Below are positions 53,171-62,991 of a DNA stretch of 64,000 nucleotides, one piece after another. The notes below the pieces were generated by a model. The model was not told where the DNA came from. It was given only the letters and a program-made list of their open reading frames with translations, and did not search any database. Source of the DNA: Pelagibacteraceae bacterium (lineage in GTDB: Bacteria; Pseudomonadota; Alphaproteobacteria; Methylaequorales; Methylaequoraceae); contig JBELJQ010000004.1 of the NCBI GenBank assembly GCA_042090305.1, positions 1,790-65,789 of the forward strand, in the 5' to 3' direction. A program made the translations under genes and the position numbers. Each line of letters starts with the position of its first letter. Position 1 is the stretch's first letter.

Positions 53171-54243
53171 TAATTGATAATTTGTTGGAAAACTTTTATT
53201 GATTGAACAATATCGGAAACATCATGAACCCTATGAATATTTACACCTTGATTCATAGCTATCAGTGATGCAGAAACTGTACCACCTAATCTTTTTTTAG
53301 GAACTTCTTCTTTTGATATGTTTGAAATAAATCTTTTTCGGGATATCCCAACCATAATTGGACAGCCAATGGCATGAAAAATGGAAAGATTTTTAAGAAT
53401 TGAAAGATTTTGCTCAAAATCTTTTCCAAAACCAATTCCAGGATCTAAAATTATATTTGATTTATTAATCCCATATTCTTCACACAAACTTACTCTGTTT
53501 TCTAAAAAATCGTAAACATCTAATACGACATCATTATATTTATTTTTTTTCATCATATTTTTGGGGGTTCCAGGCATATGCATGATTATAATTGGTTTTT
53601 GGAATTTACTTATTACCTTAACACTTTTTAAATCATGTTTTAAACCGCTAACATCATTTATTATACTAACTCCAGATGACAATCCGAATTCCATTGTTGA
53701 TGAATTTCTAGTATCTAATGAAATAGGTATTTTCAAATTTGTAATTCTTTGTATTGCAGGCATTACTCTTAATATTTCATTATTGACATCAACTTGATCA
53801 GCTCCAGGTCTGGTTGATTCTCCTCCTATATCAATAAAGTCTGCACCTTCATCAAACATTTGTTTTGCTCTTTTAACAGAATTTTCAAGACTAAAATAAT
53901 CTCCGCCATCAGAAAAACTATCTGGAGTTATATTTAATATTCCAAAAATAAGAAATCTTTTATTTTTGAATAGTTTATTATTGTAATTTTTTGACAGCAT
54001 TTGTAGCGAATCAAATAATTTTTGCAAATCTTCATTATTTCTTGATTCATTGATAAAGTTTTCAACGGATAAGTTTTTTCTTTGAATAATTTTTTTTTTT
54101 GTATCTTTTTTTATTACTTCAATATTGTTGAAATAGGCGTCGTTTACTTTAATTACCTGTTTTTTTTTTAATAGGTTTTCAGCATAACGATTATCTACTA
54201 ACCCATTAGGTCTAAGATAATATTTTTGAGAACCTCTGGTCAA
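53170..54243 (-). CDS. folP: Dihydropteroate synthase with an N-terminal extension of about 80 aa
   Basis: The core starts at GILNITPDSFSDGG and includes DIGGESTRPG and GISRK. The ORF is open upstream to TTG 54243. An internal ATG at 54000 would give a canonical-length protein. Confidence 0.85.
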   Translation of the reverse strand: MTRGSQKYYLRPNGLVDNRYAENLLKKKQVIKVNDAYFNNIEVIKKDTKKKIIQRKNLSVENFINESRNNEDLQKLFDSLQMLSKNYNNKLFKNKRFLIFGILNITPDSFSDGGDYFSLENSVKRAKQMFDEGADFIDIGGESTRPGADQVDVNNEILRVMPAIQRITNLKIPISLDTRNSSTMEFGLSSGVSIINDVSGLKHDLKSVKVISKFQKPIIIMHMPGTPKNMMKKNKYNDVVLDVYDFLENRVSLCEEYGINKSNIILDPGIGFGKDFEQNLSILKNLSIFHAIGCPIMVGISRKRFISNISKEEVPKKRLGGTVSASLIAMNQGVNIHRVHDVSDIVQSIKVFQQIIN

Positions 54244-54256
54244 CTAAAAATGACTG

Positions 54257-56185
54257 TTATGTAGTCGCTGGTTTAGGGTTGAGGCCTATATTTTTTTTAT
54301 TTTTTACGCTTGTTTTACCTAATGATATTGAGGTTTTCTTGTTGTTTGAATCAATATCATCATTCTTGTTGCTTTTTATCTTTCCTTTTTTTATAAGTTC
54401 ATGTACCTCTTCACCTGATAATGTTTCGAATTCCAACAAAGCTTTGGCTAATGAATGGAGATGTTTCTGATATTTTTTTAGAACTTTTCTTGCATGCGAC
54501 TCTGCTTCATCTATGAACTTTCTAATTTCTTGATCAATAAGTTTAGCAGTATCATCGGACATATTTGTTTTTTGGGTAACTGACCTACCTAAAAAGACGT
54601 CCTCTTCATTTTCAGAATATCTTAATGGCCCAAGCTTTTCACTCATACCCCATTCCACGACCATCGACCTTGCTTTTTGAGTTGCTTGTAAAATATCATT
54701 GGACGCTCCGGATGTTATATTACTTTTTCCAAAGATTAGCTCTTCAGCAACTCTTCCACCGAACATCATGGCGAGTTTTGCTTTCATTTCTGTTTTTGTT
54801 TCAGAATATTTGTCTCTTTCAGGAAGATTCATTGTAACTCCAAGCGCTCTTCCTCGAGGAATAATAGTAACTTTATGTAAAGGGTCATTTCCCGGTGTAT
54901 AAATACCGACTAGTGCATGGCCAGCTTCATGATATGCAGTAAGTTCTTTTTCTTTGGTAGTCATAACCATAGATCTTCTCTCTGCACCCATCAAAACTTT
55001 ATCTTTGGCATCTTCGAAATCTTGCATTGTAACTAACCTTTTGTTTCTTCTAGCAGCTAAAAGTGCAGCCTCGTTCGCAAGGTTTGCTAAGTCTGCTCCT
55101 GAAAAACCAGGAGTACCTCTTGCGATAACTTTAACATCTACATCTGGCGCTAAAGTAATTTTTCTCGTATGAACTGAAAGAATTTTATTTCTTCCATTAA
55201 TATCTGGGTTAGGTACAACAACCTGTCTATCAAATCTACCAGGCCTTAGTAATGCTGGGTCAAGAACGTCAGGTCTGTTAGTTGCAGCAATTAGAATTAC
55301 GCCTTCCGTAGCATCAAAGCCATCCATTTCTACGAGTAGCTGATTTAAGGTTTGTTCTCTCTCATCATTACCTCCACCAAGTCCAGCTCCTCTGTGTCTT
55401 CCGACGGCATCAATTTCATCAATAAAAATTATACATGGTGCACTCTTTTTTCCCTGTTCGAACATATCTCTAACCCTACTTGCGCCTACACCGACAAACA
55501 TCTCTACGAAATCTGAACCTGAAATTGAAAAAAAAGGAACATTAGCTTCACCAGCAATTGCTCTTGCAAGCAAAGTTTTACCAGTGCCAGGAGGACCAAC
55601 AAGAAGGGCTCCTTTGGGGATTTTACCGCCGAGTCTTTGAAATTTTGTTGGATCTTTAAGAAATTCTACTATTTCTTCAAGTTCTGCTTTTGCTTCATCA
55701 ATCCCAGCAACATCCTTAAATGTTACTTTGTTCTTATTTTCGTTGAGTAGCTTTGCTCTTGAACGACCAAATCCCATTGCTCTTCCACTACCACTTTGCA
55801 TTTGTCTCATAAAGAATATCCAAACACCAATTAGCAATAACATCGGAAACCATGATATTAATATATCAAGTAAACCAGGAGATTGATTTTCAAGAGGTTT
55901 AGCTATTATTTCAACACTTCCTTGTTCGAGTCTTGATATTAAACCTTGGTCGTTTGGTGAATAAGTAGAGAAGAAGGATCCATTATTCAATTCACCTTTT
56001 ATATTATTACCTCTTATTTCTACTCTACTAACGTTTCCGTTTTTGACTTCACTGAGGAAATTTGAATACGATATAGGTTGTGATGATTGACTATTTCCAT
56101 TGGCTTGGTAAAAGTCAATTACCAGGAACACAAGGAAACCTATCAACAACCATACAGCGAGATTTTTAAGAAGAGAATTGTTCAT
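54257..56185 (-). CDS. ftsH: ATP-dependent zinc metalloprotease FtsH
   Basis: 642 aa. Walker [15 protein letters not shown] region, and zinc site HEAGHAL. Confidence 0.97.
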   Translation of the reverse strand: MNNSLLKNLAVWLLIGFLVFLVIDFYQANGNSQSSQPISYSNFLSEVKNGNVSRVEIRGNNIKGELNNGSFFSTYSPNDQGLISRLEQGSVEIIAKPLENQSPGLLDILISWFPMLLLIGVWIFFMRQMQSGSGRAMGFGRSRAKLLNENKNKVTFKDVAGIDEAKAELEEIVEFLKDPTKFQRLGGKIPKGALLVGPPGTGKTLLARAIAGEANVPFFSISGSDFVEMFVGVGASRVRDMFEQGKKSAPCIIFIDEIDAVGRHRGAGLGGGNDEREQTLNQLLVEMDGFDATEGVILIAATNRPDVLDPALLRPGRFDRQVVVPNPDINGRNKILSVHTRKITLAPDVDVKVIARGTPGFSGADLANLANEAALLAARRNKRLVTMQDFEDAKDKVLMGAERRSMVMTTKEKELTAYHEAGHALVGIYTPGNDPLHKVTIIPRGRALGVTMNLPERDKYSETKTEMKAKLAMMFGGRVAEELIFGKSNITSGASNDILQATQKARSMVVEWGMSEKLGPLRYSENEEDVFLGRSVTQKTNMSDDTAKLIDQEIRKFIDEAESHARKVLKKYQKHLHSLAKALLEFETLSGEEVHELIKKGKIKSNKNDDIDSNNKKTSISLGKTSVKNKKNIGLNPKPATT

Positions 56186-56227
56186 TTATATACATATAAT
56201 TATATATTATTAAATCTCAATTAATAT

Positions 56228-57523
56228 TTAAAAATTTTTTTTTGACAATGGAATTCTAGGCTGAAATGTAACAAATAACCCGTTATCTTCCATTTCTTCT
56301 CTTGAAGACAAAAATGGTATAATTATTTTTTTTTCAATATTTATAACAGGTAAGGTTTTTAAGACCTCAAAAGTGATACCCAATTCACTCTTTTTTTTAT
56401 TAAAATATTTTTTATACAACAACCACTTGCTCTCACTTAAAATGAAGCATTCTATATTTTTCTTTGTTTTAATGATAAATCTATTATCCCAAAAGTATTG
56501 TGTATTTGAACCAATTTTAATTCTTGAATTATTAGAGGAAAGGGAAGCAGATTCTTTAAAAAATTTTATATTTTTATTTTTCTTTTCAATAATACAATTA
56601 TGTAAAGTATACTTAAAGTCTTCCTTAAACTTTAATTTATTAATAAAAAGAGACAGTGAAGCAACCCTTGGAGGAAATAATTTTCCAGAGCAGGTTGTTA
56701 AAATCTTTTTTAGGATTTCCAATTTAATACTTTTTGTCAAATTGTTAAATTTACTAACTGGTAAAACGAATACTCCAAACTTAAAAAAAATAAGGTTCTT
56801 TAAGAAAAATAAGCAACACTTTGATTCAATTTCATTATTCTCTAAAATTTTTTTATTAATTTTTCTTTCTATTTTTTGATATAATGTAGGATTTTCTTGA
56901 AAGGACTTTCTAATTTTGACCCTTTCAAATCTTGAATCTTGATTTGAAGAATCATTGATCCAATTTAGCTTATACTTTTCGCAGGTTTTTATAAGTCTTA
57001 CTTTTTTGTAATAAATTAATGGTCTTTGAATAATTAATGAATCTGAAACAAATTTCTTTGGAATACTATTTAAACCAATCGTAGTATATTTTCTGAGAGA
57101 TCTCATATAAAAAGTTTCAATAAAATCATCAAAATGATGAGCGGTCATCAAATAAAATATACATTGTGTTTTGCAATACTCTATCATTGATTGATACCTT
57201 TTTTCTCTAGCAATTTTCATTATAGAAGAATTAGGCTTTGAACCAGACCAAGTTAAAGCTTTAAATTTATGTCCAAAACTTTCTGTAATTTTTTTAACAT
57301 CTAAAACCTCTTTATCTGAATCTTTCCTTAACTTGTGATTGAAATGCAGAACAGTTAGATTACCATCTCTTTTTTTTAAATATCTACTCATAAGAACAAG
57401 TAATGCTAAACTATCAACTCCACCAGAGACCCCAACAGCGATATTAAAATCTCTATTAATTTCTAAATTAAAACCTTCTAATGTTTTACTGAATTCGATA
57501 TCTGATATAAACTTTGGAAGCAC
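56228..57523 (-). CDS. tilS: tRNA(Ile)-lysidine synthetase
   Basis: 431 aa. N-terminal PP-loop VGVSGGVDSLAL. It is adjacent to ftsH, as in many bacteria. Confidence 0.88.
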   Translation of the reverse strand: MLPKFISDIEFSKTLEGFNLEINRDFNIAVGVSGGVDSLALLVLMSRYLKKRDGNLTVLHFNHKLRKDSDKEVLDVKKITESFGHKFKALTWSGSKPNSSIMKIAREKRYQSMIEYCKTQCIFYLMTAHHFDDFIETFYMRSLRKYTTIGLNSIPKKFVSDSLIIQRPLIYYKKVRLIKTCEKYKLNWINDSSNQDSRFERVKIRKSFQENPTLYQKIERKINKKILENNEIESKCCLFFLKNLIFFKFGVFVLPVSKFNNLTKSIKLEILKKILTTCSGKLFPPRVASLSLFINKLKFKEDFKYTLHNCIIEKKNKNIKFFKESASLSSNNSRIKIGSNTQYFWDNRFIIKTKKNIECFILSESKWLLYKKYFNKKKSELGITFEVLKTLPVINIEKKIIIPFLSSREEMEDNGLFVTFQPRIPLSKKNF

Positions 57524-57526
57524 TGT

Positions 57527-58387
57527 TTATTCAATTGGACAATCTAATTTTTTTCTTTCTTGCTGAGATCTTTCTAATACATTTTTAGCAGCATTTTTAA
57601 ATTTTAATTCTAATTCATAAAAAGTATTACAAGCATCATTTTTACGCTCTAAATTTGAAAATGATAGACCTAATTTAAGCAAATTATCAGGTCCCTTAAT
57701 CGAATTTGGGTAACTTTTAAAGCCCTCTCCAAACTCTATTATAGCTTGTTCAAAATTCTTATTGGCATAGTAAACTTCACCGAGCCAATATTGGATATTA
57801 GGCATAAGATCCTCTGGGTTTATATTTTTTAACTCTAAAAGCTCTAGCTCAGCTTTCTTAAACTTATTGGCCCAAAGGAGTTTTATTGCATTTTCATATT
57901 TTTTTTTTACCTCTGTATCACTTATTTCCTCATTAGACTCAACTTCATTGGAAAAAGTTTCTGATTTAATATTTTGAACTTTTTGCTTATTTTGTGTTTG
58001 TACTTTTTGATTTCTTTGTCCATCAGATAATTTTTTTTTATTCAAATTTTTAAGTTCTGTCTCAATTTTTAACATCCTAGATTGAAATTCTTTGTTTAAA
58101 ATGGAAAATTTATCATCAAGTTGTTTGATTTTATTTTCTATTTCCTCTATTAAGCCAAAATTTGCTCTTGTTTTTGTTTCGATGTTATCAAGTCTTTGTT
58201 CATTTCTTGAAATATAACCGGATGAGAGAGTTTTATCCAATTCATCAAATTTACCTTTTTGAAGATCTGATACGTTTTTTTCAAGTCTTTCGATTTTTTC
58301 AAGAAGTTCATCTACGTCAAGTTCTTGAGAGAAAATTGAAAAGTTTGTAAATACCAATGAGATTAGAATTATAAGATATTTAGTCAT
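57527..58387 (-). CDS. cpoB: Tol-Pal system protein CpoB/YbgF
   Basis: 286 aa. Signal peptide, an N-terminal coiled coil and C-terminal TPR repeats (YWLGEVYYANKNFEQAI...). It lies directly downstream of pal. Confidence 0.85.
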   Translation of the reverse strand: MTKYLIILISLVFTNFSIFSQELDVDELLEKIERLEKNVSDLQKGKFDELDKTLSSGYISRNEQRLDNIETKTRANFGLIEEIENKIKQLDDKFSILNKEFQSRMLKIETELKNLNKKKLSDGQRNQKVQTQNKQKVQNIKSETFSNEVESNEEISDTEVKKKYENAIKLLWANKFKKAELELLELKNINPEDLMPNIQYWLGEVYYANKNFEQAIIEFGEGFKSYPNSIKGPDNLLKLGLSFSNLERKNDACNTFYELELKFKNAAKNVLERSQQERKKLDCPIE

Positions 58388-58400
58388 TTAAAAGTAAATA

Positions 58401-58431
58401 AACAAAATAAAAGGGCTAAGAAGCTTAGCCC
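58401..58431 (-). terminator. Rho-independent terminator between pal and cpoB
   Basis: GGGCTAAG (58413-58420) pairs with CTTAGCCC (58424-58431). On the minus strand the hairpin is followed by TTTTATTTTGTT. Confidence 0.7.
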
Positions 58432-58471
58432 TTTAATGTACTCTAAGGATATTGATATTATGAATGGTGAT

Positions 58472-58957
58472 TTAGTTACCACTAATTATTGTAACAGATC
58501 TTCTGTTTTCCGCCCAAGACTCGGACATGCTACCTTCAGCCGCTGGTCTCTCCTTACCATAACTTATTGTTGAAATTCTACCCGCTTCAACACCGAGTGA
58601 TACTAAAAATTCTTTTACTGCGTTTGCTCTTCTTTCTCCCAACGCCAAATTGTATTCTCTTGTACCTCTTTCATCACAATGCCCTTCTACAATTAATTGA
58701 AAACCAGGCGTTGATTTAATCCAATTTGCTTGAGATTCTAAAATGTAAGCTGCTGCGGAGGAAATGTTATGTTTATTTGTTTCAAAATATACTCTATCTC
58801 CGATTTCATTTTGAAGATAGGCTTGTAGATCAGCTTGTTTTGAATCACCATAAGCATATGAAGGTGAACTAGAGGATGAAGAAGAACCTCCCATAGTTTC
58901 ACAACCAGATATGAGTATGACAGCTGAAAAGACTAGTAATAATTTTTGGTATTTCAT
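58472..58957 (-). CDS. pal: Peptidoglycan-associated lipoprotein Pal
   Basis: Start at MKYQKLLLVFSAVILISGC (lipobox; ATG at 58955-58957). OmpA-like domain with EGHCDERGTREYNLALGERRA. Confidence 0.93.
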   Translation of the reverse strand: MKYQKLLLVFSAVILISGCETMGGSSSSSSSPSYAYGDSKQADLQAYLQNEIGDRVYFETNKHNISSAAAYILESQANWIKSTPGFQLIVEGHCDERGTREYNLALGERRANAVKEFLVSLGVEAGRISTISYGKERPAAEGSMSESWAENRRSVTIISGN

Positions 58958-59049
58958 AATAGTTATCCTTATTTTATTCATATATAATAATTTCTTTGTA
59001 CAATTTAGCTCATTAGAAGTCAATATAAAGCTACATAAGATTTATAGTT

Positions 59050-59253
59050 CTATCTGTTATACACTTTTACCGTACATGACCCAAAACAGTCAATTGAGTC
59101 GCTTGTAGGAATCTCTTTAAATGTGCTATCTGAAAACAAAGCATCTTGACCTACAAACTCTTTATCGTTGAAAAGGCTTGTTAAATCTGTCATCGATCCG
59201 CAAGAAGAAAGACCAAAAACAACCATTAATATTGCAAAAAATTTAAATTTCAT
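59050..59253 (-). CDS. Small lipoprotein (67 aa) between tolB and pal
   Basis: MKFKFFAILMVVFGLSSCGS has a signal peptide plus a lipobox. The mature part has two further Cys (CFGSC). I recognise no family. Confidence 0.5.
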   Translation of the reverse strand: MKFKFFAILMVVFGLSSCGSMTDLTSLFNDKEFVGQDALFSDSTFKEIPTSDSIDCFGSCTVKVYNR

Positions 59254-59333
59254 ACCGTATCCTTATGTTTATATTATTTTTACAGTTTGTTTGTGGATAA
59301 GTCAATGCTAACATTCAATTTTATTTACTCATA

Positions 59334-60650
59334 TTAGGGAAGTAATCCTGACCATGATGGGTCTGAGGCATCAGCTGGTGTTAAAAGTTGTCTTAAATTA
59401 ATACCTGTTAAATCAATAAGCTTAATTTTTGGTTTTGTTATTAGCCCATCAGATAGTTTGTCCTGACTATAAAAGGCTAAAACTCTACCGTTAGGAGACC
59501 ATGAGGGACCTTCAACTAGGTAAGTTTTATAAACGACCCTTTCGCCTTTTCCATCAATATACATAACGCCAATATAAAACTCACCGCCTAAAAGTTTTGT
59601 AAATGCTATCAAATCTCCACGAGGAGACCAAACAGGTGTAGCATATCTTCCCTTACCAAAACTGATTCTTTTAATTTTTTTTGTTTTTAAGTTCATTATA
59701 TAAATTTTTTGGCTTCCACTTCTATCTGACTCAAATGTGATAAAGTCTCCATCTGGAGAATACGATGGCGCAGTGTCAATTCCCTCGTAAAAGGTTAGCC
59801 TTTTAATTTTCAGTGTTTCTAGATTCATTTCGTAGATATCAGTATTACCTTTCTTTGCTAAACTCATAATTATTTTTTTTCCATCAGGCGAATACCTAGG
59901 ACTAAATGTCATACCTGGAAAGTCTCCCAAAACTTTTTGATTACCACTTTCCAAATCAAGTAAATAAATTCTAGGTATTTGATTATTGTAGGATAAATAC
60001 GCAATTTCTTGAGCAGCAGGTGAAAATCTTGGTGTAAGCGCTAAATAGCTCCCATCGGTGAGAAATTTGTGATTTTCTCCATCCTGATCAACAATTGCTA
60101 GTCTTTTTTTTCTTGCACTCTTAGGACCAGATTCTGAGATATAGACAATCCTACTATCAAAATAACCTGATTCTCCAGTGATTCTTTGATAAATAACATC
60201 GGATATTACGTGTGATATGCGTCTCCAGTTATCTTTTTCAGTTGTTAACTGTTGTGCAATCATTTGTTTTTGAGAAAAAACATCCCACAACCTAAATTCT
60301 AAAGATAATTTATCTCCATTTATTTTTAATCTACCGTGAACTAAACCTTGTGCGGTTGTTAATTTCCAATCTTGAAATTCAGGTTTATTATTAAATGAAA
60401 TTTTATTATTGAGAAAGGTCCTTTCAGATAATATAGAGAATAAACCTGATCTTTCTAAATTACTCTTTATCACATTATTAATTTTTTTTGAAATTTGTAT
60501 TTCCTGATTTTGATTAGCATTGAACTCTAAAATCGCTACAGGAATTGGATCTAGATTACCCTTAGTAATATCGATTCTTAATTCTGCATCCGAGAAGAAA
60601 CTGTAAAAAATAAGTATAAAAAGTACAAAGAGGTTTTTCATTTTCATCAT
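59334..60650 (-). CDS. tolB: Tol-Pal system beta-propeller protein TolB
   Basis: 438 aa. Signal peptide, TolB N-domain, and repeated P.(W/F/Y)SPDG propeller blades (SPRYSPDG, APSYSPDG, PVWSPRG, PSWSPNG). Confidence 0.95.
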   Translation of the reverse strand: MMKMKNLFVLFILIFYSFFSDAELRIDITKGNLDPIPVAILEFNANQNQEIQISKKINNVIKSNLERSGLFSILSERTFLNNKISFNNKPEFQDWKLTTAQGLVHGRLKINGDKLSLEFRLWDVFSQKQMIAQQLTTEKDNWRRISHVISDVIYQRITGESGYFDSRIVYISESGPKSARKKRLAIVDQDGENHKFLTDGSYLALTPRFSPAAQEIAYLSYNNQIPRIYLLDLESGNQKVLGDFPGMTFSPRYSPDGKKIIMSLAKKGNTDIYEMNLETLKIKRLTFYEGIDTAPSYSPDGDFITFESDRSGSQKIYIMNLKTKKIKRISFGKGRYATPVWSPRGDLIAFTKLLGGEFYIGVMYIDGKGERVVYKTYLVEGPSWSPNGRVLAFYSQDKLSDGLITKPKIKLIDLTGINLRQLLTPADASDPSWSGLLP

Positions 60651-60699
60651 CCAATCGTACTACAATTTCTTCCAATGAGTAATTAAAATTTTACAAATA

Positions 60700-61440
60700 C
60701 TAATTAATCATTAAAGATGGATCGAAATCTAAAATCATTTCTTTCCAAGTTTCATACTTTCTTTTTGGAACTTTTAGTTTCTTACAATCAGGATGATTTA
60801 CTGCTCTCATTGCACTTTCAGCTAACGTCCTCAAAAATGTATCTTGATTATTTAACGAATTTGTCAACTTAGTCCTAATTACCTGACCATCTCTATCTAA
60901 ACTTAATTTTATGGAAACCTTATAATTTTTGATATTTTTGGCTCCTGCTGGAACTATCCAGCAGCTGTAAAACTGCCGTCTAATAGCGTCTTCTTCTGAT
61001 ATCGTTAATTTTTCACCAATATTTGATGAAGCTATTTTCTTTTCTAAAGGTTTTGTTTCTTCAACTTTTTGTTTTACTTTACTCTGTTCGGTTTTTATTT
61101 TTTCAATTGATTTCAAAATGCTTTCAGCTTTACTTTCAATTTTTTTTTCTTCTTCTTTTCTCTTTTTATTTTTTTTTTTTACTATTTTCTTTTCATCATT
61201 AAATTCCGGTAGTTTGGGTTTTGATAGTGCTTTAGGAGGAGTGAATTCTTGCTTGGTATTTTTCTTAGGTGGAGATGGTCTCTGTTTGGCTGTTACTGTT
61301 TCTTCGGATATGTCTATAATATCAAGAGGAATTTCAATTATTTCAAATCTTTTATTTTTTCTAAAAATTTCCGCTCCATAAAGAAACATTATTAGAATTA
61401 ACAAATGCAAAAGTGAGGATTTAAATAGGCCCGTTACCAT
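60700..61440 (-). CDS. tolA: Tol-Pal system protein TolA
   Basis: 246 aa. N-terminal anchor, Lys/Glu-rich helical spacer and a C-terminal TolA/TonB_C-like domain. It lies between tolR and tolB. Confidence 0.8.
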   Translation of the reverse strand: MVTGLFKSSLLHLLILIMFLYGAEIFRKNKRFEIIEIPLDIIDISEETVTAKQRPSPPKKNTKQEFTPPKALSKPKLPEFNDEKKIVKKKNKKRKEEEKKIESKAESILKSIEKIKTEQSKVKQKVEETKPLEKKIASSNIGEKLTISEEDAIRRQFYSCWIVPAGAKNIKNYKVSIKLSLDRDGQVIRTKLTNSLNNQDTFLRTLAESAMRAVNHPDCKKLKVPKRKYETWKEMILDFDPSLMIN

Positions 61441-61446
61441 TTAACG

Positions 61447-61845
61447 CTATTTCAATCTAGTAACTAAAGCCACTTTAGTAAATCCAGATTTATTTATTAT
61501 AGTCATCAAATCCATAACTTTACCATAATTGATAGATTTATCAGCTTTAACATATATTTTTAAATTTTTATTTACTTTTTCAAGTGCTTTCAACTTTGTA
61601 ATAAGCTGTGCTTTAGTAAATTTTTTTTTGTTAATATAAATATTTCCTTTTGAATTTAAACTAACAGTTACAGGTTCTTTTTTTTCATTTTTTAAGACGG
61701 ATGAACTTTCAGGCAAATTTATTTTTATTCCAGCTGTTAATAATGGAGCGGTAACCATAAAGATGATGAGAAGTACCAACATCACATCAACAAATGGGGT
61801 AACATTTATTTCAGAAATTGTTTTTCTTCTGCTTTTTTTCCTCAA
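61447..61845 (-). CDS. tolR: Tol-Pal system protein TolR
   Basis: 132 aa ExbD/TolR family. INVTPFVDVMLVLLIIFMV carries the conserved Asp. Confidence 0.9.
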   Translation of the reverse strand: MRKKSRRKTISEINVTPFVDVMLVLLIIFMVTAPLLTAGIKINLPESSSVLKNEKKEPVTVSLNSKGNIYINKKKFTKAQLITKLKALEKVNKNLKIYVKADKSINYGKVMDLMTIINKSGFTKVALVTRLK

Positions 61846-61849
61846 ACTT

Positions 61850-62563
61850 TTACCTAAAGATTTCTTTTGAAATAATTACCAAAATTTCTTCAGAAAATAT
61901 TTCAAGTTTATTAGAGACGTTTTCTAGCATATTATTTAATTTATTATAAAAAATTACAGCTGGAATAGCTGCAACAAGGCCAAGTGCTGTTGCGAATAAA
62001 GCCTCTGCAATTCCTGGGGCCACAACAGCTAGGCTTGTGTTTTGAGAAATTCCTATAGCCGTAAAACTATTCATTATTCCCCAAACAGTTCCAAACAAAC
62101 CAATAAAGGGTGCTGTTGAACCAACAGATGCTAAAAAATTTAAGCCCTTCTGTAGATTAAGTATTTCTTTATCAATAACAATTTCCATTTCTTTTTTAAC
62201 ATTTTCACAAAAACTCTTTTTAAAATCAAAGTTTTTATTTGCAAAACCACTCTTCATTTTTTCAAAATATGCCATAGCTGAAAAAAATACTGCTTCCATA
62301 GGATGACTTGGATGGTTACCTATAGACTTAGAAAGTTTACTCAGAGTCTCACTAGAATAAAACCTATCTTCAAAGTCGTTAGAGTCAATCATAATGCTTT
62401 TCAAAAAAGCATACTTCGTAAAAATTATCGTCCAACTCCAAATCGAACAAATTAACAATGCGATAATTACAATTTTGACGACTACATCTGCCTGTAGAAA
62501 AAGAGAAAAAATAGAAAAGTCTACTGATTCCTCAAGTACTTTTTTTTCAATAGAATCATCCAT
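61850..62563 (-). CDS. tolQ: Tol-Pal system protein TolQ
   Basis: 237 aa MotA/TolQ/ExbB family. APFIGLFGTVWGIMNSF and IAEALFATALGLVAAIPAVIFYN. Confidence 0.92.
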   Translation of the reverse strand: MDDSIEKKVLEESVDFSIFSLFLQADVVVKIVIIALLICSIWSWTIIFTKYAFLKSIMIDSNDFEDRFYSSETLSKLSKSIGNHPSHPMEAVFFSAMAYFEKMKSGFANKNFDFKKSFCENVKKEMEIVIDKEILNLQKGLNFLASVGSTAPFIGLFGTVWGIMNSFTAIGISQNTSLAVVAPGIAEALFATALGLVAAIPAVIFYNKLNNMLENVSNKLEIFSEEILVIISKEIFR

Positions 62564-62580
62564 AGTTCATGTTATACAGC

Positions 62581-62985
62581 TTAGATTAATTTAAATCTAG
62601 AAATTATATTATTTGGTATTCTAGATGGTTTTTTTTTTTTTCCATCAATCCATGCAAGATGTACAGATATATTACATATCTTTGTATCACAGTTATAAAT
62701 TTTTTGCTTTAGCTTCAATGATGCAAGCGAGTTATTTTCAAATTCAGTCTTTACAGTCAGCTTATCAAATAAAAATGAAGGCTTCAAAAAACTTATTGAT
62801 AAATCTTTAATTACAAAAAAAAAAGTGTTTTGTTTCAAGTTACTTATTACATCTGGAAAATGTATGGATAATATTTCGCTTCTTGCTCTTTCAGCAAACT
62901 CTAGATATGTTGTATGATAAGCTAATCCAGATGAATCTGTATTCTCATAATACACAGTATATGTAAATTGATTACTTTCATTCAT
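62581..62985 (-). CDS. ybgC: Tol-Pal-associated acyl-CoA thioesterase YbgC (4HBT family)
   Basis: 134 aa hotdog fold. YYENTDSSGLAYHTTYLEFAERAR carries the catalytic Asp. It occupies the conserved position upstream of tolQ. Confidence 0.85.
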   Translation of the reverse strand: MNESNQFTYTVYYENTDSSGLAYHTTYLEFAERARSEILSIHFPDVISNLKQNTFFFVIKDLSISFLKPSFLFDKLTVKTEFENNSLASLKLKQKIYNCDTKICNISVHLAWIDGKKKKPSRIPNNIISRFKLI

Positions 62986-62991
62986 AATTCA

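Noticed and set aside
56373-56879. 168-aa plus-strand ORF antisense to tilS, the longest unexplained ORF in the track.
   Set aside because: It is fully contained in tilS, and its product is Leu/Phe/Ile/Lys low-complexity with no motif. Its length is explained by the scarcity of stop codons in the complement of a Lys/Asn/Ile-rich gene.
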